Source of the DNA: Clostridia bacterium
GTDB taxonomy: Bacteria > Bacillota > Peptococcia > DRI-13 > UBA5745
DNA length: 64,000 nucleotides
Direction of reading: 5' to 3'
Assembly: GCA_018436095.1 (NCBI GenBank)
Contig: JAHDMJ010000008.1
Span: forward strand, 230,518 to 294,517
The notes below the pieces were generated by a model. The model made no database searches and had not been told where the DNA came from. It saw nothing but the letters and a program-made list of their open reading frames with translations. Below are positions 15,686 to 24,263 of this stretch, piece by piece. The stretch's first letter is position 1. Each line of letters begins with the position of its first letter. Position numbers and translations under genes: made by a program.

Positions 15686-16468
15686 ATGGAGATCATCACC
15701 TCGGCCCAGAACCAATGGGTGCTGGAGGCCAGAAAACTGCAGCAAAAGAAGTTCCGGGAGGCCAAGGGGCTTTTCCTGGTGGAAGGCTTGCGCTTAGCGG
15801 AAGAAGCGGCTAAGTCGGCTTTCGTGGAAGAGGTCTATTATCATGAGACTCTGGGGGCTACGGAACGGGGAGAGGAGCTGTTAAAAACCCTGTCGGCCAA
15901 AGCCCGCCGTTTTTTTCAGGTTACTTCAAAAGTGTTAAATACCCTGGCGGAGACCGAGACCCCTCAGGGAATTGTGCTGGTTTGCCGCTGTGCTTCCTCC
16001 TCGTTAAAGGATTTCCGTCCGGCTGAGGGGCCGGTGGTTGTATTGGACGGCTTGCAGGATCCCGGCAATTTGGGGACTATTCTGCGTACCTTATGGGCGG
16101 CAGGCGGCAAAGGCCTGATCTGCCTTCAGGGGTCTGCAGATCCCTACGGCGGCAAGGCTGTCCGGGCTTCTATGGGCGGCATCTTTCATTTACCGGTATT
16201 TACGGATGTGACCTGGAGCGCTGCGGCCAGGTGGGCCCTGGATCAGAGCTATCAAACGGTTGCTGCCGACGCCGGCGGCGGCAGGGATTACCGCAAGCTG
16301 ACCTGGCAGGACAAGACTATGCTGTGTATTGGCAATGAGGCCCGGGGCCTGCTGTCCATCCCTGTGGCAGAGGTGGACGAACGGGTGTTTATCCCTTTGG
16401 CTCAGGGTGCGGAATCTTTAAATGCAGCGGTAGCTGCAGGCATATTGATTTATGAAGCCGTAAGATAA
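15686..16468 (+). CDS. TrmH/SpoU-family RNA 2'-O-methyltransferase
   Basis: GLQDPGNLGTILRT, IGNEARGL and ESLNAAVAAGILIYE are the SpoU motifs. The ATG at 15686, after GGAGAA, is preferred over the TTG at 15653. The position after rplT matches Bacillus ysgA synteny. Confidence 0.8.
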   Translation: MEIITSAQNQWVLEARKLQQKKFREAKGLFLVEGLRLAEEAAKSAFVEEVYYHETLGATERGEELLKTLSAKARRFFQVTSKVLNTLAETETPQGIVLVCRCASSSLKDFRPAEGPVVVLDGLQDPGNLGTILRTLWAAGGKGLICLQGSADPYGGKAVRASMGGIFHLPVFTDVTWSAAARWALDQSYQTVAADAGGGRDYRKLTWQDKTMLCIGNEARGLLSIPVAEVDERVFIPLAQGAESLNAAVAAGILIYEAVR

Positions 16469-16491
16469 CAATAAAAAAGGATTAGGACTAT

Positions 16492-17790
16492 ATGACAGAA
16501 CCAAAAGAAACCTCCAATACGGGTTATTCCATGTATGAAGCCATAAAAGAGGCCAAGCGCTGCCTGCGCTGCAAAAATCCTTCCTGCCAAAAGAACTGCC
16601 CCATCAATAACGACATCCCTGATTTTATTTATCAGTTATCAAAAGGGAATCTGGGGGAGGCCAGGGAGATACTGGCCAAGAAGACTAATCTGCCCGCCGT
16701 TTGCGGCAGAGTCTGCCCCCACGAAAAACAATGTGTGGGTCATTGTATCCTAAATGGCAAAAGTGCTCCCATTCAGGTAGGCAAGTTGGAAGAGTTTATT
16801 GCTGATTTTGATGCGGAAATGGGCTTGATCAAAGAAAACCTGCCTCATAAAACCAGAGGCAAGGTAGCGGTGATTGGCTCCGGGCCCGCGGGCCTTACCG
16901 TAGCCGGCGATCTGGCCAGGCAAGGTTTTAATGTGGTGGTTTATGAAAACGAAAGCGAGCCCGGCGGCGTCTTGCTTTACGGCATACCGGAATTTCGCCT
17001 GCCCAAAGAGATCGTCAGAAGGGAAATCAAAAGAATCGAAGCCCTGGGCGTCAGTTTTTTAACCAGCGTGATGGTGGGCCGGGATCTTACCATAGACGAT
17101 ATGTTTGCCCGAAACTTCGATGCAATATTTATTGGTACAGGCACGGCTCTGGCCCGGGATTTGGATATTCCCGGCCGGGGCAAAAGCGGCGTACTGCAGG
17201 CCACCTATTTTCTGCGCATGGTCACTCTGTATAACGGGGGCAATGTAGACAGAGACGAAGTTCCCGTAGAAGAAGGGGATAAGACCATCGTCATCGGAGC
17301 CGGCAATGTAGCTATGGATGCAGCCAGAACGGCTCTGCGGATGGGGGCGAAATCCGTTACGGTGGTGTCCAGAAGCGGCTTCGATAAAATGCCGGCTTTG
17401 CTTGCCGAATACAACAGCGCCCTTGAGGAAGGGGTGGAATTCCTCTGGGATGCCCAGCCTCTTGAGTTTACCGGTTATCAGAGCGTCAAAGGTCTGAAAT
17501 ACCGGAAAAACGGCGAGATACAAGAAATTGAAGGGGATACCGTGATGCTTGCCGTAGGCTCAAGGCCCGCCAGCCGGATAGTATCCACCACAACGGGCAT
17601 AGAAGTTAATGAAAACGGCTATGTCATCACGAGGGAGCGGCCTTACGGCATGACCACGAGAAAAGGCGTCTTTGCCGGCGGCGATGTGGTGCATAAGCCT
17701 GCCACGGTGGTGCTGGCTATGAAAGAAGCCAAAAGGGTAGCCGAGGGCATAGCTTCTTATGTGGATGCCATTAAGCTCCTTGATTTATAG
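16492..17790 (+). CDS. GltD-like NAD(P)H-dependent Fe-S flavoprotein oxidoreductase (glutamate synthase small-subunit family)
   Basis: N-terminal Cys clusters (CLRCKNPSCQKNCP, CGRVCPHEKQCVGHC), then VAVIGSGPAGL and a second dinucleotide fold, IVIGAGNVAMD. Confidence 0.8.
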   Translation: MTEPKETSNTGYSMYEAIKEAKRCLRCKNPSCQKNCPINNDIPDFIYQLSKGNLGEAREILAKKTNLPAVCGRVCPHEKQCVGHCILNGKSAPIQVGKLEEFIADFDAEMGLIKENLPHKTRGKVAVIGSGPAGLTVAGDLARQGFNVVVYENESEPGGVLLYGIPEFRLPKEIVRREIKRIEALGVSFLTSVMVGRDLTIDDMFARNFDAIFIGTGTALARDLDIPGRGKSGVLQATYFLRMVTLYNGGNVDRDEVPVEEGDKTIVIGAGNVAMDAARTALRMGAKSVTVVSRSGFDKMPALLAEYNSALEEGVEFLWDAQPLEFTGYQSVKGLKYRKNGEIQEIEGDTVMLAVGSRPASRIVSTTTGIEVNENGYVITRERPYGMTTRKGVFAGGDVVHKPATVVLAMKEAKRVAEGIASYVDAIKLLDL

Positions 17791-17800
17791 GATGATAAAA

Positions 17801-17845
17801 GGGTGTCTCGGAAAATGAATCTTTGGATTCGTTTCCGAGACACCC
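17801..17845. terminator. bidirectional terminator hairpin between convergent genes
   Basis: GGGTGTCTCGGAAA (17801-17814) pairs with TTTCCGAGACACCC (17832-17845), a perfect 14-bp stem. Confidence 0.7.
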
Positions 17846-17888
17846 TTGCTTTATGGATTTATGTCTTATCGGTTTTATTGTTTTTATT

Positions 17889-19559
17889 TTACTGGCCGTT
17901 GACAATGAAAGTGCCCTTGCTGTCTTTCAGGGCCACCGTTTGATTAAAGACTCCCGGCGTATGGCTGTCGGGCGTAAAATAGCCGGTGCGGACAAACTGG
18001 CAAGACTGGCCGGCCTGGGCCTCGGTTAAAGCGGCCTCGATTTTAGCTTCTTTCCTGACCTGAAGAGAATTGGGATTGATGTAATCGTCGTAGTCCTTGC
18101 CTTCGGGAATACTATTGACATCCTCAATGGTGAAGAGGTTTTCATAAAGGCGGATCTCTGCATCCTTGGCATGGGCAGCAGAGAGCCAGTGGATGGTGCC
18201 CCGGACTTTGCGGCCGTCGGCAGGCATGGCATTGCCCGTCTCCAAATCGGCGGAGCAGCGCAGTTCCACTACCTTGCCGCTGTCATCCTTAATGACCTCA
18301 TCACAGCGCACAATATAAGCGCCCATCAGCCGTACCTCGCCGCCGGGCTTCAACCGGAAGAACTTATTGGGGGCGTCTTCCATGAAATCGGACTGCTCTA
18401 CATAAAGCTCCCGGGTAAAGGGAAGCTGCCGGCTGCCGGCTTCCGGATTTTCCGGGTGATTGGGCAGGGAGAAATATTCCGTTTTGTCCCCGGGATAATT
18501 GGTAATGACCACTTTCAGAGGCTCAAGAACCGCCACCCGGCGCAGAGCCACGGCATTGAGCTCCTCCCGGATGCAGTGCTCCAGCAGGCGGATATCCACG
18601 ATACTGTAGACCTTGGAAATACCGACCTTGCGCAAAAAGTTGAAGAGGGCGGAAGGGGTATAGCCCCGGCGGCGCAAACCGGAAAGAGTGGGTATGCGGG
18701 GATCGTCCCAACCGTCCACCAGGCCCGTTTCCACCAGCTTGCGCAAATAGCGTTTGCTCATGACGGTATTGGTAATATTTAATCTGGCAAATTCATATTG
18801 ATGGGGAGGATGGGCAAAACCGATTTTTTCGATGACCCAATCATAAAGAGGCCGGTTGTTGGTGAACTCCAGGGAGCAGAGGGAGTGGGTGATCCCTTCG
18901 ATGGCATCCTGAATAGGATGGGCATAGTCATATAAAGGATATATACACCACTTGTCCCCTTGGCGGTGATGGGGTACCCGTAAAATCCGGTAAATTGCCG
19001 GATCCCGTAAGACGATATTGGGGGAGCTCATGTCAATCTTGGCCCGCAGGGTGCGGCTGCCGTCTGCAAATTCGCCGTTTTTCATGCGGACGAAGAGGTC
19101 TTCGTTTTCCGCCGGCGTCCGGTTGCGGTAAGGGCTTTCCTTACCGGGCTCCGTCAGGGTGCCCCGGTACTCCCGCATCTCATCGGCAGAGAGGTCGCAG
19201 ACGTAAGCGTCGCCCTGGCGGATCAGCTTCAAGGCATATTCATAGCATTGGTCGAAATAATCGGAACCGAAAAAAATACCGCCGCTGGGCTCTTCGCCGA
19301 TAAGCCAGCGGATATCCTCCTCGATGGAACGTACAAAGGAATCATCCTCTTTGGCCGGGTTGGTATCGTCATAGCGCAAATTGAATTTGCCGCCGTATTT
19401 TTTGGCGGTGGTATAATTGATCCAGATAGCCTTAGCGCTGCCGATATGGAGGCAGCCGTTAGGCTCCGGCGGGAAGCGGGTATGGACGTGGGTTTCCCGC
19501 CCGGCGGCCAAGTCGGCGTCGATGACATCATGAATAAAGTTGGGTATAGTTCCGCTCAT
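17889..19559 (-). CDS. glnS: glutamine--tRNA ligase
   Basis: Class I HIGH motif (PEPNGCLHIGSAKA), the VMSKR motif, and overall GlnRS-like sequence. The start is taken at MSGTIPNFIHD. Confidence 0.9.
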   Translation of the reverse strand: MSGTIPNFIHDVIDADLAAGRETHVHTRFPPEPNGCLHIGSAKAIWINYTTAKKYGGKFNLRYDDTNPAKEDDSFVRSIEEDIRWLIGEEPSGGIFFGSDYFDQCYEYALKLIRQGDAYVCDLSADEMREYRGTLTEPGKESPYRNRTPAENEDLFVRMKNGEFADGSRTLRAKIDMSSPNIVLRDPAIYRILRVPHHRQGDKWCIYPLYDYAHPIQDAIEGITHSLCSLEFTNNRPLYDWVIEKIGFAHPPHQYEFARLNITNTVMSKRYLRKLVETGLVDGWDDPRIPTLSGLRRRGYTPSALFNFLRKVGISKVYSIVDIRLLEHCIREELNAVALRRVAVLEPLKVVITNYPGDKTEYFSLPNHPENPEAGSRQLPFTRELYVEQSDFMEDAPNKFFRLKPGGEVRLMGAYIVRCDEVIKDDSGKVVELRCSADLETGNAMPADGRKVRGTIHWLSAAHAKDAEIRLYENLFTIEDVNSIPEGKDYDDYINPNSLQVRKEAKIEAALTEAQAGQSCQFVRTGYFTPDSHTPGVFNQTVALKDSKGTFIVNGQ

Positions 19560-19744
19560 ACGATCATATCTCCTTAAGTGATGGCATGGTATACTCGTCA
19601 TGCATTAGTGTGGACACGATTTATGTGTCATTATAGCATCACAATGGCCAAACAACAAGCAAAATGCAATGTTTCCTTGTATATGCTTTCACAATCCGTT
19701 ATAATTGAGATAAGATAAAGTTTCCAATGCTGGGAGGGTTTGCT

Positions 19745-20311
19745 ATGGCCGCGATCATGCATACTGTATATATGGTTTGCCTGCTTGTAGGCGTTTTATT
19801 CAGCCTGCTTTCCTTGCTGGCCGGCAATCTCTTGGACGGCCTGGATTTTGACTTCGATTTCGACTTCGATTTCGATTTTGACTTCGGCCTGGGGGCTATT
19901 TTGCCTTTAAAGCCCTTTACGCTGATGGCTTTTGCTGCGGTTTTGGGGGGCGCCGGCCTAATCTTTGAAACTCTGTTGCCCCCCCTTGTCTGCTTGCTGC
20001 TCAGTGCCTTTGCCGGCCTTGTGGTTTCCGCCCTGCTTTACCGCTTTGTTTATCTCAAGCTCAAAAGCTATGAAACTACTGTGCCCAGGGAGGAAGATGC
20101 TTTGCTGCTGCGGGCTCAGGTGGTGGAAGCTATTGCGCCGGGGGGCTTCGGCAAGATATCTTATACCCTAGAGGGCAATATCCTTTCCGGCACAGCCAAG
20201 GAAAAAAAGCCCGGACCGGGTATTGTCAGGGGAGCGGAAGTCTTCATTGTATCGATTCAGGACAATATTCACTACGTTTGCGAAGATTTACAATTCTTTT
20301 CAGCAAAATAA
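19745..20311 (+). CDS. NfeD-like membrane protein
   Basis: N-terminal TM segments and a C-terminal soluble OB-like part, directly upstream of a flotillin gene (yuaF-yuaG-like arrangement). The ATG at 19745 follows GGGAGGG. Confidence 0.6.
   Translation: MAAIMHTVYMVCLLVGVLFSLLSLLAGNLLDGLDFDFDFDFDFDFDFGLGAILPLKPFTLMAFAAVLGGAGLIFETLLPPLVCLLLSAFAGLVVSALLYRFVYLKLKSYETTVPREEDALLLRAQVVEAIAPGGFGKISYTLEGNILSGTAKEKKPGPGIVRGAEVFIVSIQDNIHYVCEDLQFFSAK
19844..19885 (+). repeat. 42-nt coding microsatellite encoding (Asp-Phe)x7
   Basis: GATTTTGACTTCGATTTCGACTTCGATTTCGATTTTGACTTC encodes DFDFDFDFDFDFDF inside the NfeD-like protein. Confidence 0.95.
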
Positions 20312-20335
20312 AATAAGGTCAGGAGGTAAACATTA

Positions 20336-22003
20336 ATGAACAACCCTATCATCATTGCGGCAATAGTTTTGGGCGTTCTCATTCTGTTGATCGTCAGCGT
20401 CTTATCCATGTGGCGCAAGGTGCCCCAGGATAAGGCTCTCGTGGTAACCGGCTTGAAAAAGCGGGTGATTTCCGGCGGCGGCGGCCTGGTGATACCCCTT
20501 TTGGAACGGACCGACGCCATCAGTCTGGAAAATATGCAGATTTCCGTCAATGTCCGAGGCTTGACCTCCACCGGCGTGGATATCGAGGTTGGCGCCTTAA
20601 CAATTATAAAAATTAAGAATGTTACGGAAAAAATCCTGGCCGCTATGGAGCAGTTTAATACCGGCGATATTACGGGCACCATCAGAAATATTACCGAAAC
20701 CTCCAAAGAGGTATTGGAAGGCAAGCTGAGAGAAATTCTGTCCGGCATGACCGTGGAAGAGATTTACCAAAACCGGGAGAAGTTTGCCTCTTCCGTTCAG
20801 GAAGTGGCGGCCAAAGAGCTGGAGGATATGGGTCTTGAAATCAAGGCCTTTACCATCAAAGAAATTAAAGACGATCAAGGGTATCTGGACTCCTTAGGCA
20901 AAAAGCAAGTGGCCGAGGTGAAGAAAAACGCTTTGATTGCCGAGTCCAATGCTTTGCGGGAGCAGGAAATCACCATTGCGCAAAATGCCCGGGAAACGGC
21001 TACCAAAACTGCAGAGCTCCAAAAAGAAACGGCTATTCAGTTGGCTATCGCCAAGCAGCAGGAGCAGGAAGCCCAGGCGGAGGCGGACATTAAGATCGCT
21101 AATGCTACTAAAGATAAAGATTTGATTGTGCTGGCCAATATGGAAGCCACCCAAAAGAAGCAGGCTATGGCCGACTCTGCCTACCAGATCGAAAGCAACC
21201 GGGTGCAAAAAGAGATCATTGCCACCCAGATGGATGCCCAGTTGGTTCAGGAAGAGAAAAACGTTGAGCTGACCAAAGCCCAAATGGAAGTGCAGCGTAC
21301 CAGAGAAGAGCAGGAAACCACAGTGGCCCGTCAAAAGGCGTTGCGCCGCCAGGAGGAACTGAATTCCGAGGTCCAAAAAGAAGCCGAGGCCCAGGCGGAA
21401 AAAATCCGCACCATGGCCGACGCCGAAGCTTACCGCCGCCAAAAAGAAGCGGAAGCCAGAAAGTACGAAGACATTGCCAAAGCCGAGGCGGAAGCCGCCA
21501 AGCGCAAGCTGGAAGCAGAAGCTGAAGCCGAAGCGGTGAAGGTCAGCGGTTTGGCTGAGGCGCAGTCCACCGAGGCCATCGGTAAAGCCAAGGCTCAGGC
21601 CATCCAGGCCGAAGGCTTGGCGGAGGCGGAGGTTATCCGGGAGAAAGCCTTTGCGGAAGCCGAGGCCAAACGGAAGCTGGCAGAAGCTTATAAGGAATAC
21701 GGCGAAGCGGCCATGATGGAAATGGTGGTCAAGGTGCTGCCTGAGATTACCGGTTCCATCACCCAGGCCATTGCCGAACCGGTGGGCAAAATCGGTCAGA
21801 TCACCATTGTGGATTCCGGCGACGGCTCAAAGAGCGTATCCAAGGTAGCCGGCTATTCCGCCGAATTGCTGACTCAGGTCCCCGCCATGGTGAAAACCGT
21901 TTCCGGCATTGACCTGCAAAGCTTGCTAAAAAACGTGGTCAATAATGTGGAGCTGTTTAAAGACAAAAGCCAAGAGAGCTTCGGAGACCAAAGACCTGAG
22001 TAA
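20336..22003 (+). CDS. floT: flotillin-like SPFH/band-7 protein
   Basis: An N-terminal membrane anchor, an SPFH domain, then a long Ala/Glu/Lys-rich coiled coil (EAEAEA tracts). Confidence 0.8.
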   Translation: MNNPIIIAAIVLGVLILLIVSVLSMWRKVPQDKALVVTGLKKRVISGGGGLVIPLLERTDAISLENMQISVNVRGLTSTGVDIEVGALTIIKIKNVTEKILAAMEQFNTGDITGTIRNITETSKEVLEGKLREILSGMTVEEIYQNREKFASSVQEVAAKELEDMGLEIKAFTIKEIKDDQGYLDSLGKKQVAEVKKNALIAESNALREQEITIAQNARETATKTAELQKETAIQLAIAKQQEQEAQAEADIKIANATKDKDLIVLANMEATQKKQAMADSAYQIESNRVQKEIIATQMDAQLVQEEKNVELTKAQMEVQRTREEQETTVARQKALRRQEELNSEVQKEAEAQAEKIRTMADAEAYRRQKEAEARKYEDIAKAEAEAAKRKLEAEAEAEAVKVSGLAEAQSTEAIGKAKAQAIQAEGLAEAEVIREKAFAEAEAKRKLAEAYKEYGEAAMMEMVVKVLPEITGSITQAIAEPVGKIGQITIVDSGDGSKSVSKVAGYSAELLTQVPAMVKTVSGIDLQSLLKNVVNNVELFKDKSQESFGDQRPE

Positions 22004-22009
22004 AGGCAG

Positions 22010-22426
22010 ATGGGGGCAGGATACATGGGAATTTCGCCTTTCGGCGGCTTTGGGGGAATAATGTTCACCATTGTGCCGGTAATTGTGGCTGCAGGATTTA
22101 TCTTTGTCTTTGGCACTATTATTGTACGTTCCATCCGGGGTGCCAAGGAATGGAAAAGGAATAACGATTCTCCCCAGCTTACGGTAGACGCCGCAGTAGT
22201 AACCAAACGGCCGGAGGTAAGCTACCATAACCATAGCGGGGGAGAGGCACATATGCACCATACTTCCTCATCAACGGTATATTATGCTACCTTTGAGGTA
22301 GAAAGCGGTGACCGCATGGAGCTTAGAGTCCCTAATAAAGAATACGGTCTCCTTGTGGAGGGGGACCGGGGCAGGCTGACCTTCCAGGGCACACGCTATC
22401 TGGGCTTTGAACGCAGCCGGGATTAG
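22010..22426 (+). CDS. DUF2500-like small membrane-anchored protein
   Basis: One N-terminal TM, then ...YYATFEVESGDRMELRV....YGLLVEGDRGRLTFQGTRYLGFER, which resembles DUF2500. Confidence 0.5.
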   Translation: MGAGYMGISPFGGFGGIMFTIVPVIVAAGFIFVFGTIIVRSIRGAKEWKRNNDSPQLTVDAAVVTKRPEVSYHNHSGGEAHMHHTSSSTVYYATFEVESGDRMELRVPNKEYGLLVEGDRGRLTFQGTRYLGFERSRD

Positions 22427-22477
22427 AGCGGTGCAGGGCGAGCTCATGAAAAGGAAAAGGCCAGTTGCTCAAAAATT

Positions 22478-22609
22478 GAGGTTGTGCGACAGTCTTATGC
22501 AAAAGCCAGTGCATATATGCAGGTCGTGCCGAATTATGCACATAATTAATCAAAAATCGGCTTTTGGAGCCGTAACAATTACTATTAAGACCGCACAACC
22601 TCGTTTTTT
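22478..22609 (+). other. structured element: 17-bp interrupted closing stem enclosing ~88 nt, followed by T6
   Basis: GAGGTTGTGCG-ACA-GTCTTA (22478-22497) pairs with TAAGAC-CGCACAACCTC (22586-22602), then GTTTTTT. Internal small hairpins are present (AATTAT/ATAATT, GGCT/AGCC, GTAA/TTAC). Confidence 0.25.
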
Positions 22610-22720
22610 GAACAGTTAGCCTCTCCCAATGGTGATAAACCTGCAAATTTGTGCAGTTATCTTCATCTAACATCTGATTCCGCCAAAAACTTGTTGTCCG
22701 CCGCCTTTATAAGCACGCCT

Positions 22721-22790
22721 TGAGAATAATGACTTGAGAATAGTGACTTGAGAATAGTGACTTGAGAATAGTGACTTGGGAATAAAGATT
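22721..22790. repeat. 14-bp tandem repeat x5 (TGAGAATAGTGACT)
   Basis: The units start at 22721, 22735, 22749, 22763 and 22777. The first and last are degenerate and the middle three are identical. Confidence 0.9.
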
Positions 22791-22796
22791 TTTCCC

Positions 22797-22826
22797 TTGT
22801 CAGCAGGGCTCTGCTCATGATACAAT
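22797..22826 (+). promoter_or_regulatory. candidate pheST promoter
   Basis: TTGTCA (22797-22802), an 18-nt spacer, then TGATACAAT (extended -10, TACAAT at 22821-22826). Confidence 0.4.
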
Positions 22827-22834
22827 CAGCCATA

Positions 22835-23160
22835 TATTTAAACTGCATAAGATAAGCAAAGACCGTGAACGGGAGCTGCACCGAAGATGGCGGCTACAGG
22901 GAGCAAGGGGTGATTGAGAACCTTGCGCCGCTGCTGGTGACAGGTTCGCCCGGGAGTTGTTTGCCTGAAAGGAAGCGGTCAATGGCCGCTGATCATAGTA
23001 GGGCAAGCCGGCCGCCGCCGTTACCGGCATAAAAGTGAACGCCTGCAAGGATGGCTTCTTTCGGTTGTGATATACCGGCAAGGATCGGTCTTGGGGGCTG
23101 TTAATCAGGGTGGTACCGCGGAAAGAGGCTTTTCGTCCCTAGGGAGAAGGCCTCTTTTTT
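22835..23160 (+). promoter_or_regulatory. T-box leader upstream of pheS
   Basis: The conserved T-box sequence AATCAGGGTGGTACCGCG lies at 23103-23120. It is followed by the terminator hairpin AAAGAGGC...GCCTCTTTTTT (to ~23160), directly upstream of pheS. Confidence 0.85.
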
Positions 23161-23210
23161 ATATGATAAATACTTGTTAAATTTTAAAAAAGTTAGCGGA
23201 GGAAAAGCGT

Positions 23211-24233
23211 ATGCGGGAACAATTACGGGAATTGCAGGAGAAGGCTTTAGCCAGAATCCAGGCAGCAGGCTTACTGGAAGAACTGAATGAGTTGAAGCTT
23301 CAATACACCGGCAAAAAAGGCGAGCTGACTCAGATCTTACGGAATATGGGCGGTTTGTCGGCGGAGGAACGGCCGGTAATGGGCCAATTGGCCAATGAGG
23401 TCAGGGACAAGCTGGAAGAGGCTTTTGCCAATATGGCGGAGAAGCTTCAGGAACAAGCTTACCAGATCCAATTAAAACGGGAAACCCTGGATATCACCCT
23501 GCCGGGCCGCCAGCGGCCTCTGGGCAGCCGCCATCCCTTATACCAGGCTATGGATGAAATCGAAGAGATTTTCATTAGCATGGGTTTTGGCGTGGAAGAA
23601 GGCTATGAGGTGGAGACGGATTATTACAACTTTGAAGCCATGAATCTGCCGAAAAACCACCCCGCCCGGGACATGCAGGACACTTTTTATATTAGCGAGG
23701 ATATTCTGCTGCGCACCCATACTTCCCCTACCCAAACCAGGGTTATGGAGAAGATGTGTCCTCGGTTGCCCGTTAAGGTGATCATCCCCGGCAAGGTCTA
23801 CCGCCGGGATGACGACGCCACCCACTCCCCCATGTTCCATCAGGTAGAAGGTTTAGTCATCGATGAGCACATCCGGTTTTCCGATTTGAAGGGTATTTTG
23901 CTATCCTTCATCAAACGGTTCTTTGGCGAGGATCAGGAGATCCGCCTGCGGCCCAGCTACTTTCCTTTTACAGAACCCAGCGCCGAGGTGGATTGCCGCT
24001 GTGTCATCTGCGGCGGCAAAGGCTGCCGTACCTGTAAAGGCACCGGCTGGCTGGAGATTTTGGGCTCCGGCATGGTTCATCCCAATGTGTTGAGGATGGG
24101 GGGCTATGATCCGGCCAAGGTCAGCGGCTTCGCCTTTGGCATGGGTGTGGAGCGGCTGGCCATGCTGAAATATGGCGTGGATGATCTGCGGCTCTTCTTT
24201 GAAAATGATGTACGTTTCTTGCGGCAATTTTAG
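23211..24233 (+). CDS. pheS: phenylalanine--tRNA ligase alpha subunit
   Basis: The sequence shows canonical PheS features, including FTEPSAEVD and [10 protein letters not shown]. Confidence 0.95.
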   Translation: MREQLRELQEKALARIQAAGLLEELNELKLQYTGKKGELTQILRNMGGLSAEERPVMGQLANEVRDKLEEAFANMAEKLQEQAYQIQLKRETLDITLPGRQRPLGSRHPLYQAMDEIEEIFISMGFGVEEGYEVETDYYNFEAMNLPKNHPARDMQDTFYISEDILLRTHTSPTQTRVMEKMCPRLPVKVIIPGKVYRRDDDATHSPMFHQVEGLVIDEHIRFSDLKGILLSFIKRFFGEDQEIRLRPSYFPFTEPSAEVDCRCVICGGKGCRTCKGTGWLEILGSGMVHPNVLRMGGYDPAKVSGFAFGMGVERLAMLKYGVDDLRLFFENDVRFLRQF

Positions 24234-24263
24234 TAAGCCATAGGCTGACGGGAGGAAAAGAAA

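Noticed and set aside
19560-19744. Looked for a T-box leader upstream of glnS
   Set aside because: The divergent intergenic region is only ~185 nt and lacks the GGTGGTACCGCG box and a terminator/antiterminator pair.
21380-21700. Repetitive GAAGC/GCCGA-rich DNA in the flotillin gene
   Set aside because: It encodes the Ala/Glu/Lys coiled-coil (EAEAEA) typical of flotillins. It is low-complexity coding sequence, not a repeat element or array.
22663-23081. Two minus-strand ORFs (72 and 88 aa) in the DUF2500-pheS gap
   Set aside because: They run across the 14-bp tandem repeat and the pheS T-box leader. The repeat-derived peptide (SHYSQV repeated) is an artefact of translating the tandem repeat.
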